Origin: an uncultured SAR86 cluster bacterium
GTDB lineage: Bacteria; Pseudomonadota; Gammaproteobacteria; Magnimaribacterales; AG-339-G14
Assembly: GCA_902525735.1 (NCBI GenBank)
Contig: CABZIF010000002.1
Location: 144,754 to 208,753, forward strand
Reading direction: 5' to 3'
Length of the DNA: 64,000 nucleotides
Shown: in pieces, positions 39,051 to 48,166 of the stretch
How positions within the stretch are numbered: the first letter of the stretch is position 1
Layout of the letters: each line of letters opens with the position of its first letter
The notes under the pieces: generated by a model
The model's input: the letters and a program-made list of their open reading frames with translations, nothing else
What the model was told of the DNA's origin: nothing
The model's database searches: none
Position numbers and translations under genes: made by a program

Positions 39051-39363
39051 CCTTTATTTGATTAGATTGTGGTCTCTTAGATCCATGAGAAAAGACATAA
39101 CTTACTCTTGTATTTTCTTTGAAAAATTTTCTATCCATTTCAGGCACTGATGCAAAATGAATAAATAAGTATCCTCCTTTATTTCTTTCTAAAAAACCAT
39201 AACCTTTGCTCGGATCGAACCACTTGATGGTCTTTTTCTCTCTTTTTATTCTATATTTAATTTGATTTCCATAAACTAAGACTATACTTGAAATGAAAGT
39301 TGTAAAAAAAATTAAAAGAAAAAATGGCAGAAAATCGAAATAAAATATCTTACAAATGTCATT
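39043..39363 (-). CDS. Membrane-anchored cold-shock-domain protein, with no canonical in-frame start (possible frameshifted gene)
   Basis: A stop-free frame of 106 codons that is missing from the ORF track. Hand translation gives NDICKIFYFDFLPFFLLIFFTTFISSIVLVYGNQIKYRIKREKKTIKWFDPSKGYGFLERNKGGYLFIHFASVPEMDRKFFKENTRVSYVFSHGSKRPQSNQIKVI*. The motifs KWF..KGYGF and FIHFS/A match CspA-type CSD RNP1/RNP2. It fills the only otherwise empty 400-bp stretch. Confidence 0.55.
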   Translation of the reverse strand, partial: NDICKIFYFDFLPFFLLIFFTTFISSIVLVYGNQIKYRIKREKKTIKWFDPSKGYGFLERNKGGYLFIHFASVPEMDRKFFKENTRVSYVFSHGSKRPQSNQIKVI

Positions 39364-39444
39364 TTAGATATAAAACCGACAACATACAGAAAATAAGAAA
39401 TTTATAATAAGTGCTAAAGAAGCTCCTCTAAAAAAGATAACAAT

Positions 39445-42183
39445 TTATATTAACTCTAAAACTTTAAGATGATCATTAAGTTTTTTTATTTTTGCTCTTG
39501 ATTCTTTTAGCTGAGATCTTCTTTCAGCTACTAATTTTTTTGGAGCATTTTTAGTGAATTTTTTATTTTCTAGTTGTTTTTTTAATCCTTCGTAAGTTTT
39601 TTCAAGTTTTGCTAAAGTATTTTTATTTCTAGTTTTTTCATCTTGAACATCGATCAAGCCGTCTAAAGGAATATAAATTTTTTCTTTTCCAACTAAGAGA
39701 ATTGCGGAAGGGGGAATTTTTTTACCGAGTTTGTTAATTTTATTAATATTAGCCATATCATGAAGGTAACTCTTATTTTTTTCTAAGAGTTTGAAGAGTG
39801 AGCCTTTGCTGTCACAAAGTATATCTATTTTAATTTTATGAGAAATAAGCATTTCAGATCTTATATTTCTTATACCAGAAATAGATTTCTTTAAGGCTTC
39901 AATTTTTGAAAGATCTCTTGGAATTTTTCTGATTTTTGGGAATTTCTCCTGAGAAATACTTAATAATTCAGATTTGTGAAAGGGCTTAAATTCCTGCCAA
40001 ATTTCTTCTGTTATAAAAGGTAAAATTGGATGAAAAAGAATTAAAGATTTATGCATCAAGTCAATTAAAGAGGCTTTGATCTTATTTTTTTCTGGTTGGG
40101 TTACTCTTGGATCATTTAACTTTATTTTGCAAAACTCGATATACCAATCACAAAATTTTTCCCAGAAAAAATCATATGTAACCTGTGCAGCTAGATCAAA
40201 CCTATAAGAGTCGATGTGTTTTGAAAAATTTTCAGCAGTTTTATTAAATTCATCATAAATCCAAAAATCTTCTAAGTTTTTAGATAAGACTTTTTTATTG
40301 TCATATCCTTTGCACTGTATTTTTATAAAATTTGCGGCATTCCATAATTTATTGCAAAAATTTCTGTATCCTTCCAACCTTTTAAGATCAAAATTTATAT
40401 CTCTACTCCCAGAGGCTAGAGAACAGAAGGTAAATCTCATGGCGTCTGTTCCAAAAGAATTGATTCCTTTAGGAAATTCTTTTTTAGTATTAGCTATTAT
40501 TTTTTCTTTTTGATTTAAATTCATTAAACCAAAAGTTCTTTTTTCAATGAGTTTTTCCAAGTCAATGCCATCAATAATATCTATTGGATCAATAATATTC
40601 CCTTTTGATTTTGACATTTTTTGTCCCTCGCCATCTCTTACTAGGCCATGAACATAAACTTCTTTAAATGGGACCTCGTTTAAAAATTTTTGAGAGATCA
40701 TTATCATTCTTGCAACCCAGAAAAAAATAATATCAAACCCAGTAACTAACACTGAAGTTGGATGAAATTTTTTTAATCTTTTTGTATTCTTAGGCCAGCC
40801 TAATGTAGCGAATGTCCATAGTTGCGAGGAAAACCAAGTATCTAAAACATCTTCATCTTGCTTTAACTTAATTTTATTTGAAAGCCTGTATTTCTTTCTC
40901 ACTTCTGAGATATTTCTTCCAACGTAAATATTCTTGTCACTATCATACCAAGCTGGGATTCTATGACCCCACCATAATTGTCTTGAAATACACCAATCTC
41001 TGATATCATTCATCCAAGAAAAAAAAGTATTTTCCCAGTTTCTGGGGATCAATTTTATTTGTTTATTCTGAATTAATTTTTTAGCTTTAAAAGCCATTTC
41101 ATCTGATTTTAGATACCACTGTTCAGTCAAAAATGGTTCAAGAGTTACTCCTGTCCTGTCACTTCTTGGTATTGTTATCTTGTGACTTTTTTCGCTTATT
41201 AGATCTCCAGATTCTTTTAAATCTTCGAGTATTTTTTTTCTAGCTTCTTGCATTGATAAAGATCTAAATTTTTTAGGAACATTAGAATTTAAAGTACCGT
41301 TTTTTTCCATAATATTAATAATAGGAAGATTATTTTTTTGACCGATCTCGAAATCATTAAAATCATGTCCAGGAGTAATTTTTAAGCATCCAGTCCCGAA
41401 TTTCATATCAACATAAGAATCGCCAATGATAGGTATTTCCTTATTTATTAATGGGATAAAAGCTTTTTTATTTATAAATTTTTTATACCTTTTATCATTT
41501 GGATTTACCGCTATAGCGACATCGCCAAGCATAGTTTCAGGTCTAGTAGTTGCAACGACTATATTGCCCAAATCTGTTTTATATGAAATTTCCCATAATT
41601 TACCTTGCTCCTCACTTGAAACCACCTCCAAATCAGAAAGAGCTGTTTGCAACTTAACATCCCAGTTTGCAAGTCTAAAGCCTCTGTAAATAAGTCCTTC
41701 TTCATATAGGGTACAAAAGACCTCTATAACAGCCTCGTTAAAGTCATCGTCCATAGTAAATTTTTCACTTTTCCAATCTAGAGAAGCTCCTAATCTTCTT
41801 AGTTGCTTTGTAATTGTAGTTCCTGAGTGTTTTTTCCACTTCCAAATTTCTTTTTCAAATTTCTTTCTGCCTAAAGATTCTTTTGTTTTTCCTTCTTTTT
41901 CAAGATTTCTCTCAACAACTATTTGAGTTGCAATTCCTGCATGATCCGTTCCAACCTGCCATAAAACATCAAATCCTTTTAATCTTTTATATCTAGCTAA
42001 AACATCCATTAAAGTATTTTGAAAACCATGTCCCATATGCAAGCTTCCTGTAACATTCGGAGGGGGAATCATTATGCAGAAGGGCTCTTTTTTTGATTTT
42101 TCAGCCGGAGAAAATAGATTATTTTTCTCCCAAAAAGAGTACCATTTTTTTTCAATTTTCTTAGGTTCAAAAGCTACTTTCAT
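39445..42183 (-). CDS. valS: Valyl-tRNA synthetase
   Basis: 912 aa with HMGH, KMSKS and a C-terminal coiled coil. pepA-holC-valS order as in E. coli. Confidence 0.97.
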   Translation of the reverse strand: MKVAFEPKKIEKKWYSFWEKNNLFSPAEKSKKEPFCIMIPPPNVTGSLHMGHGFQNTLMDVLARYKRLKGFDVLWQVGTDHAGIATQIVVERNLEKEGKTKESLGRKKFEKEIWKWKKHSGTTITKQLRRLGASLDWKSEKFTMDDDFNEAVIEVFCTLYEEGLIYRGFRLANWDVKLQTALSDLEVVSSEEQGKLWEISYKTDLGNIVVATTRPETMLGDVAIAVNPNDKRYKKFINKKAFIPLINKEIPIIGDSYVDMKFGTGCLKITPGHDFNDFEIGQKNNLPIINIMEKNGTLNSNVPKKFRSLSMQEARKKILEDLKESGDLISEKSHKITIPRSDRTGVTLEPFLTEQWYLKSDEMAFKAKKLIQNKQIKLIPRNWENTFFSWMNDIRDWCISRQLWWGHRIPAWYDSDKNIYVGRNISEVRKKYRLSNKIKLKQDEDVLDTWFSSQLWTFATLGWPKNTKRLKKFHPTSVLVTGFDIIFFWVARMIMISQKFLNEVPFKEVYVHGLVRDGEGQKMSKSKGNIIDPIDIIDGIDLEKLIEKRTFGLMNLNQKEKIIANTKKEFPKGINSFGTDAMRFTFCSLASGSRDINFDLKRLEGYRNFCNKLWNAANFIKIQCKGYDNKKVLSKNLEDFWIYDEFNKTAENFSKHIDSYRFDLAAQVTYDFFWEKFCDWYIEFCKIKLNDPRVTQPEKNKIKASLIDLMHKSLILFHPILPFITEEIWQEFKPFHKSELLSISQEKFPKIRKIPRDLSKIEALKKSISGIRNIRSEMLISHKIKIDILCDSKGSLFKLLEKNKSYLHDMANINKINKLGKKIPPSAILLVGKEKIYIPLDGLIDVQDEKTRNKNTLAKLEKTYEGLKKQLENKKFTKNAPKKLVAERRSQLKESRAKIKKLNDHLKVLELI

Positions 42184-42627
42184 TTAATCAATATAAGTTG
42201 GTTTTATTCCATCTTTCAGACATTTTTTATAACTTGCTCTTGCTTTTTCTTGAAAGCTTGATTCGTCTTTTATAACGATTTGATAAGTTTCTCTAAAGTC
42301 TCTGTAATTTGATGGTAGCTGTGGATTTAAATTTATTAAAAAATCATAATTTTTAATTGTTCTAATGCCAGGATAGGAAATTTCAACCTTACAATCTTTA
42401 CTATCTTTGTTATTTATTAATTTATGAGGAATAAATAAGTTTTCTGGAATCTGCCATAATAGTTTATCGATAGCATGAGCTTGATTAGCATCAAAACACC
42501 TTAAATTGATCAAATCAATCTGATCTCTTTTTAAAGAAATTAAATATAATTTTCCAACTAGATCACACGCAAAGCGCAAAGCGACTTCTTCTGACTGGCC
42601 AGCAGTAAGAAAATTTACCTTTTCCAT
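42184..42627 (-). CDS. holC: DNA polymerase III chi subunit
   Basis: 147 aa. AHAIDKLLWQIPENLFIPHKL matches the chi motif (LD..LW....F.PH). There is zero spacing to the valS start. Confidence 0.8.
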   Translation of the reverse strand: MEKVNFLTAGQSEEVALRFACDLVGKLYLISLKRDQIDLINLRCFDANQAHAIDKLLWQIPENLFIPHKLINNKDSKDCKVEISYPGIRTIKNYDFLINLNPQLPSNYRDFRETYQIVIKDESSFQEKARASYKKCLKDGIKPTYID

Positions 42628-42631
42628 TTTT

Positions 42632-44137
42632 TTATTTTTGGCTCAACAAATATTCCGTCAATAAAGGTACTGGTCTTCCACTAGATTTCTTTCCAATTTT
42701 TCCACCATAGGCCGTTCCAGCTATATCTAAATGAGCCCAATTATATTTTGCAAACCTAGAAAGAAAACAAGCAGCAGTAATTGCACCAGCTCTTCCACCT
42801 ATATTAGCTATGTCTGCATACTTGCTGTCTAATGCATCTTGATAAGAATCCCACAAAGGAAGCTGCCAAGCTCTATCGCAACTTGCATAACCAGATTCTA
42901 AGATATTTTCAGCTAGCTTTTGATTGTTTGAAAGCATCCCAGTCGCCTCATGCCCTAAAGCAACAACACATGCTCCAGTTAAAGTCGCTATGTCTATGAC
43001 ATTTGCAGGGTTAAATCTTTCAACATAAGTTAAAGCATCACAAAGGACTAATCTTCCCTCAGCATCTGTATTTAAAATCTCGACTGTTTGTCCGGATAAA
43101 GTTTTAACTACATCTCCCGGCTTGGTAGCCTTACTACTTGGCATATTTTCTGCTGAAGCAATAACGCCAATTATGTTAGATTTGGGCTTAATTTCAGCGA
43201 TTGCTCTCATCGTACCGATTACACTCGCGGATCCTGTCATATCGTATTTCATTTCATCCATTGCTGGACTAGGCTTAATGCTAATTCCTCCAGTATCGAA
43301 AGTTATACCTTTGCCAACAATGATGTTGGGTTTTTTTGTTTTTGAGGCCCCAGAATATTGCATAATAATAAACTTAGATTCTTGTGCGCTTCCATTACCA
43401 ACAGACAAAAGACAATCCATACCTATTTTCTTCATTTCTTTTTCTCCTAGAATTTTTGTCTTAATTACAGGAAAAGACTTTGATAGCTTCTTAGCTTGAG
43501 AAGCCAAAAAAGTAGGAGTACATATATTCGCCGGAGTATTAGCTAATTCTCTTGAAGTATTCATTCCAACACCAGTCACATGTCCAATTTTTAACGATTT
43601 GTTAAAAGTAGCTAAACCCTTCTTATCTAAGTTCTTAAGTAAAGTAACTTTAGATAAGATATTTTTCGACTGAGCTTTTTTTCCTTTAAAAAAGTACTTG
43701 TAACAACTTGCTTCAAGAGTTCTAGCTAAAATTTTAAAACTCCAATCCTCAGTTCTGCCCTTGATAGCCAAAGCTGGGAGATAAATATGAACATTCTTTA
43801 CATTAGATTGAACGGCAGCGCTGGCTATCTTTTCAGATAAAGAAAGAAATTCTTGTTCACTCATTTCTTTATCTTTTTTTCCGCAACCTAAAAAATAAAC
43901 CTTTTCAGAGTTGGTACCATTTAAGTTTGGTAAATAAACTTTATTACCAAGCGAGCCAGATAATTCATCGCGGGATATTAATTTTTTTATGACTCCCTTA
44001 GATTTTTTATCAAAAATATCAGTAATGTCAGAAATTTTTTTGCTTTCATAAAAGCATACGATTAAAGCTTCGCTTTTTAATTTAGTAAGTTCACTTATCT
44101 TAGTTTCTGATAACGAGATATTGATTAATTTTTTCAT
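42632..44137 (-). CDS. pepA: Leucyl aminopeptidase (M17)
   Basis: 501 aa with VGKGITFDTGGISIKP and NTDAEGRLVLCDAL. Confidence 0.95.
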   Translation of the reverse strand: MKKLINISLSETKISELTKLKSEALIVCFYESKKISDITDIFDKKSKGVIKKLISRDELSGSLGNKVYLPNLNGTNSEKVYFLGCGKKDKEMSEQEFLSLSEKIASAAVQSNVKNVHIYLPALAIKGRTEDWSFKILARTLEASCYKYFFKGKKAQSKNILSKVTLLKNLDKKGLATFNKSLKIGHVTGVGMNTSRELANTPANICTPTFLASQAKKLSKSFPVIKTKILGEKEMKKIGMDCLLSVGNGSAQESKFIIMQYSGASKTKKPNIIVGKGITFDTGGISIKPSPAMDEMKYDMTGSASVIGTMRAIAEIKPKSNIIGVIASAENMPSSKATKPGDVVKTLSGQTVEILNTDAEGRLVLCDALTYVERFNPANVIDIATLTGACVVALGHEATGMLSNNQKLAENILESGYASCDRAWQLPLWDSYQDALDSKYADIANIGGRAGAITAACFLSRFAKYNWAHLDIAGTAYGGKIGKKSSGRPVPLLTEYLLSQK

Positions 44138-44195
44138 TTTTACTCCTGATAAATTAAATATTGTTTTTATGAGTTAAAATCATTAAAAACTTATT

Positions 44196-45356
44196 ATGCC
44201 AAAAATTATAGTTTTATATATTTTAAAACAAGTAACAAAAACAATTTTTTTTACTTTTTTAATCCTCTTTGGAATTCTTTTTTTTAATGAATCAATTCAG
44301 TTTTTAGAAAAAGCATCTAGAGGAGATTTATACCCAAGTTTGTTGATACCCGTCTTATTCTTCAGTTTACCTGCCATATTAGAGGTTTCTATACCGATTT
44401 CAGTTTTTTTAGGAATTTTAATATCTATATATAACTTAAATAAAACTAACGAACTCTCGTTTATTTATCAATTAGGAATGGGCCAAAAAAACTTAACACT
44501 TGTAACTTTAATTCCTGTTATTTTTTGCTCTTTATTTGTTTTTTTTAACTCTTTTTATTTTGTTCCTAAATCAAATGAAAATCTATCTTTTTTATCAGAC
44601 TCTCAATCTTTTTCAGATAAGTTTAAACTCATGGGGGAAGGGAAAATAAATACTTTCCCCGACCTAGGTGGAATTATTTTTGCAAAAGAGGCCTCTGATA
44701 GAGGATTTAAGGATGTGTTTGCGAATTTCAATTCAGAAAATTCTGATCTAATTTTAAATTCAAAAGAAGTTTTGGGCTCTTCTCAAGATGAAAAACTAAA
44801 TAAACTTACTTTTGAAAGTGGGAATTTATTAATCCCATCTCAAGGTGGAACAATAGATTTGGAGTTTGAGGAATTATTTTTTCTCTTTAATAAAAAACAA
44901 AAGTTAGCTGAAAAAAATATGGAAAAAATGTCTTTGAGTTTGTTAATTCAAGAAGATAAAAATGAGGATTTTTATAGGGAATTCTTAAAAAGATTATCTT
45001 TAAGTTTAATGTTGATAATTAGCTCTTTAGTGGCTATTCCGCTTAGTTTAAGAATGGCAAATAAAGGGAGATTCACAATGATACTTTCCGGCTTAGTAAT
45101 TTTCTTAACTTATTATGGATTAGTCCAAGGTCAAAAGGTTTTAGTCTTAGAAAGCTCATTTTCTTCTCTTCAAGTTTTTAGCGTTTTGCATTTTATTTTT
45201 GTAACAATTTGGCTTTTACTTTATGGGTTGGAACAATACAGATTTGAATTAGTGAATTTCATAATTGCAAGAAATTCAAAAAATTTTTTCGTTCAAGCAT
45301 TCTTTTTAACTGCATTAGTTTTTTTTCTACTTAATATTTTATATTTTAACTTTTAG
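44196..45356 (+). CDS. lptF: LPS export permease LptF
   Basis: 386 aa YjgP/YjgQ-type membrane protein, divergent from pepA and followed by lptG. Confidence 0.85.
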   Translation: MPKIIVLYILKQVTKTIFFTFLILFGILFFNESIQFLEKASRGDLYPSLLIPVLFFSLPAILEVSIPISVFLGILISIYNLNKTNELSFIYQLGMGQKNLTLVTLIPVIFCSLFVFFNSFYFVPKSNENLSFLSDSQSFSDKFKLMGEGKINTFPDLGGIIFAKEASDRGFKDVFANFNSENSDLILNSKEVLGSSQDEKLNKLTFESGNLLIPSQGGTIDLEFEELFFLFNKKQKLAEKNMEKMSLSLLIQEDKNEDFYREFLKRLSLSLMLIISSLVAIPLSLRMANKGRFTMILSGLVIFLTYYGLVQGQKVLVLESSFSSLQVFSVLHFIFVTIWLLLYGLEQYRFELVNFIIARNSKNFFVQAFFLTALVFFLLNILYFNF

Positions 45357-46382
45357 ATGAATTTTTTAATTGGAGGAATTCTAGGACGTTCTTTTTTAAC
45401 TCAATCTGTTAAAACATTTTTTATTGTTTTCTTTATAATTTTTTCCTTAGATTTTTTAATACAAATTATTTCCGAAATTGAAGACATAAATAAAAATTAT
45501 AGTTTTTTATCTGCAACAAATTACTTACTTTTGATTTTGTTAGGAAGAGCATGTGAAATATTGGCACTTTGTTGTGTTATTTCATCTATTCTAACTTTTG
45601 GACTTATTTCAGATACAGGGGAACTTACTGCAGCGAGAATTTTAGGAAAGTCTCTTTTCTCGACTATATTTGATATCTTAAAGCCAATTGTTTTCTTTCT
45701 TTTATTGAGTCTTTTTCTATTAGAGTTTGTAACTCCTAGTTTAGAAAAAAAAGCACTTTTTCTTAAATATGGCGATTCAACAAATTCTGATCAAATTAAA
45801 TGGGTAACAAAGAATGACAGTTTTGCGAAATTTAAAATAAATAACCAAGTTCTAGAAGATGTTTTTCTTTATAAATCTGATTTAGATAAAAAGTCTCAAG
45901 AAATTATTAGTTCAGAAAAGGTTACCATCACAGAAGAAGGTTGGAACTTTTTTAAACCAAGAGACATAAAAAGAAATAAAATTCTTGGAGAATTTATTTG
46001 GCAAGACGGACCTGAATACGGTTTTAACGATAAATTGGGTAGGAAAGAAATGTCATTAACACAAGTTTATAAAATCTTGGATGATGCTGGGCCTAAAAGA
46101 GAAAAAAATATGATTTCTTATGAATTTTGGAAAAAATTATTTGAACCGATATCAGCTATTTCTATTATTATTTTCGCTTTAGCAGTTTCATTTAAGTATT
46201 TTGGATTAAATAAAAACTTAGAAAGATTAATGTTTGGAGTATTGATTGCCTACGGTTTTAATTTATTGCTAAAGATCTTTGGAAATATTGCAATAATAAA
46301 TGGTTTTTCACCTGGCATAGCCATTGTCATGCCTTCATTAGTTTTAATGTTTATTGGTTATAGAATGTTTAGAAATCAATAA
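45357..46382 (+). CDS. lptG: LPS export permease LptG
   Basis: 341 aa YjgP/YjgQ paralogue directly after lptF. Confidence 0.85.
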   Translation: MNFLIGGILGRSFLTQSVKTFFIVFFIIFSLDFLIQIISEIEDINKNYSFLSATNYLLLILLGRACEILALCCVISSILTFGLISDTGELTAARILGKSLFSTIFDILKPIVFFLLLSLFLLEFVTPSLEKKALFLKYGDSTNSDQIKWVTKNDSFAKFKINNQVLEDVFLYKSDLDKKSQEIISSEKVTITEEGWNFFKPRDIKRNKILGEFIWQDGPEYGFNDKLGRKEMSLTQVYKILDDAGPKREKNMISYEFWKKLFEPISAISIIIFALAVSFKYFGLNKNLERLMFGVLIAYGFNLLLKIFGNIAIINGFSPGIAIVMPSLVLMFIGYRMFRNQ

Positions 46383-46807
46383 ATTCTTAATATCTTGGTT
46401 CCAGAAAAATAATCTCCAATAGTTTTTCTTTCTTTATTAAAAATAATAAATATAAAATTTGAGAGAAAAAGAATTGAAAAAAACAGAGAAAGGAAACATC
46501 TTAAAAGCATAGTCTTCAAGCTTATGGTTTCGTTGATAGCCCCAACTAATTTTATTTTCCAAACTTGCATTCCTAAAGTTTGCCCTTTATTGAATTTCCA
46601 AAAATAACAATAAAATATAAAAATCAAAGCTATAAAAGAGAATTGTAGAAATAATATCTCAATTTTATTTTCAAGAGCACTTCCATTTAGATATGTAATT
46701 AAAATTACATAACTCATGTATATTCCTATGATAAGAATGGCGTCATACAAAAGTGCTAAAAGTCTTCTTAGCAAGTTAGCTTTAGTTACTGTGACAGAAT
46801 CATTCAT
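46376..46807 (-). CDS. RDD-family membrane protein
   Basis: 143 aa. N-terminal RRLLALLYDAILI, three TM segments, and a C-terminal ..TIGDYFSGTKI typical of RDD domains. Confidence 0.65.
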   Translation of the reverse strand: MNDSVTVTKANLLRRLLALLYDAILIIGIYMSYVILITYLNGSALENKIEILFLQFSFIALIFIFYCYFWKFNKGQTLGMQVWKIKLVGAINETISLKTMLLRCFLSLFFSILFLSNFIFIIFNKERKTIGDYFSGTKILRIY

Positions 46808-46838
46808 AAATTTAAATTTTTTTTACTACATATTAAAT

Positions 46839-47267
46839 ATGAATTTTATCCGATTGAAAATTATTTTAGGTTACTTAGGATTTTTACCATTTGCTTTTTT
46901 TACAATTTTGCCGATGATTTTTGGTGAAGTTTTAGCCATTTGGTCTTTACAAATTCTTTCTATTTATGGAGGAATAATATTATCTTTTTTGGCAGGAATG
47001 ACTTGGGGATGGCCAGAAAAAGAATCAAATAATTATAATTTATTAATTGGAATTTTATTTTCTCTTTCAGGTTTTTTGATAATTCTTCTTGCAGAAAATT
47101 TTTTAATATATTCAATGATTGTAAATCTTTTCTCTTTTCCTCTTTTTTATCTCTTTGAAAAAAAGAGAGGTCTTTTTTTCAAAAATGAAGATTACGTAAA
47201 ATTAAGGCTCTATTTAACTAGCGGAGTGAGCGGATGTTTTTTATTTGGTTTTTTAAACTTCTTTTGA
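46839..47267 (+). CDS. Small polytopic membrane protein (possibly DUF3429-like)
   Basis: 142 aa from the internal ATG, with 4 predicted TM helices and the motif YGGIILSFLAGMTWGW. The family assignment is from memory and is tentative. Confidence 0.5.
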   Translation: MNFIRLKIILGYLGFLPFAFFTILPMIFGEVLAIWSLQILSIYGGIILSFLAGMTWGWPEKESNNYNLLIGILFSLSGFLIILLAENFLIYSMIVNLFSFPLFYLFEKKRGLFFKNEDYVKLRLYLTSGVSGCFLFGFLNFF

Positions 47268-47275
47268 TGAATATT

Positions 47276-48166
47276 TTAAACATTCGAATGTAATTCTTCA
47301 TTAAGTTTTGAAATATTTTTATTGGGACGACATTGAATAGTGCCGCTAAGAGAATTTCTTATGAAAAGTAAATCTGATTTAGATGAAAGAGCTGAAGCTT
47401 TCAATATATCTGTAATTTCTCCTTGTTCATTGACCATCTCTACTTTTGACGCAGCAGTTAAATAAAGACCAGCTTCAACAGTACAACGGTCTCCTAAAGG
47501 TATACCAAGACCAGAATTTGCACCTAATAAACAGTTTTTTCCTAAAGAAATTTTTACTTCATTTCCTCCAGATAAAGTACCCATTGTTGATGCTCCACCG
47601 CCTATATCAGTTTTATCACCAATAACTACGCCTTGAGAAATTCTCCCTTCTATCATTGCCTCTCCCAATGAACCAGCATTAAAGTTAACAAAGCCCTCAT
47701 GCATAACTGTTGTTCCTGATCCTAGATATGCTCCTAGTCTTACTCGATTTGCATCAGCAATTCTAACGTCTGACAAAATTACATAATCTGTCATGCGAGG
47801 AAACTTATCAACACTATGGACCAGGATATGTTTGTTTATTTTTTTTGTTTCCTTTTGCTTTGTCTGAAAGTCTTCTAAAGAAAAAGGACCTTGTGAAGTC
47901 CACACAATATTTTTTAAAATACTAAAAATACCATTTAAGTTTGTTTCGTTTGGTTTTACTAAACGGTAAGATAGTAAATGAAGTTTGAGATATGCTTCAG
48001 GCACGGATAAAGGTGCCTCAGAATCATTAACTATTACTTTTTCAAAGACCTTATCAGAAGAATTTATATCTGAAGAAGATATATTTTCTTCGGAAAAAAA
48101 CATTTCAAGCCATTCGCCTTTGCTATCTTTTGTTCCTATCCCAAGGCCAGTCCAAGTATTACTCAT
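47276..48166 (-). CDS. dapD: Tetrahydrodipicolinate N-succinyltransferase (Pseudomonas-type long N-terminus)
   Basis: PEAYLKLHLLSYRLVKPN and hexapeptide repeats (GAYLGSGTTVMHEGFVNFNAG..GGGASTMGTLSGG). Confidence 0.85.
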   Translation of the reverse strand: MSNTWTGLGIGTKDSKGEWLEMFFSEENISSSDINSSDKVFEKVIVNDSEAPLSVPEAYLKLHLLSYRLVKPNETNLNGIFSILKNIVWTSQGPFSLEDFQTKQKETKKINKHILVHSVDKFPRMTDYVILSDVRIADANRVRLGAYLGSGTTVMHEGFVNFNAGSLGEAMIEGRISQGVVIGDKTDIGGGASTMGTLSGGNEVKISLGKNCLLGANSGLGIPLGDRCTVEAGLYLTAASKVEMVNEQGEITDILKASALSSKSDLLFIRNSLSGTIQCRPNKNISKLNEELHSNV

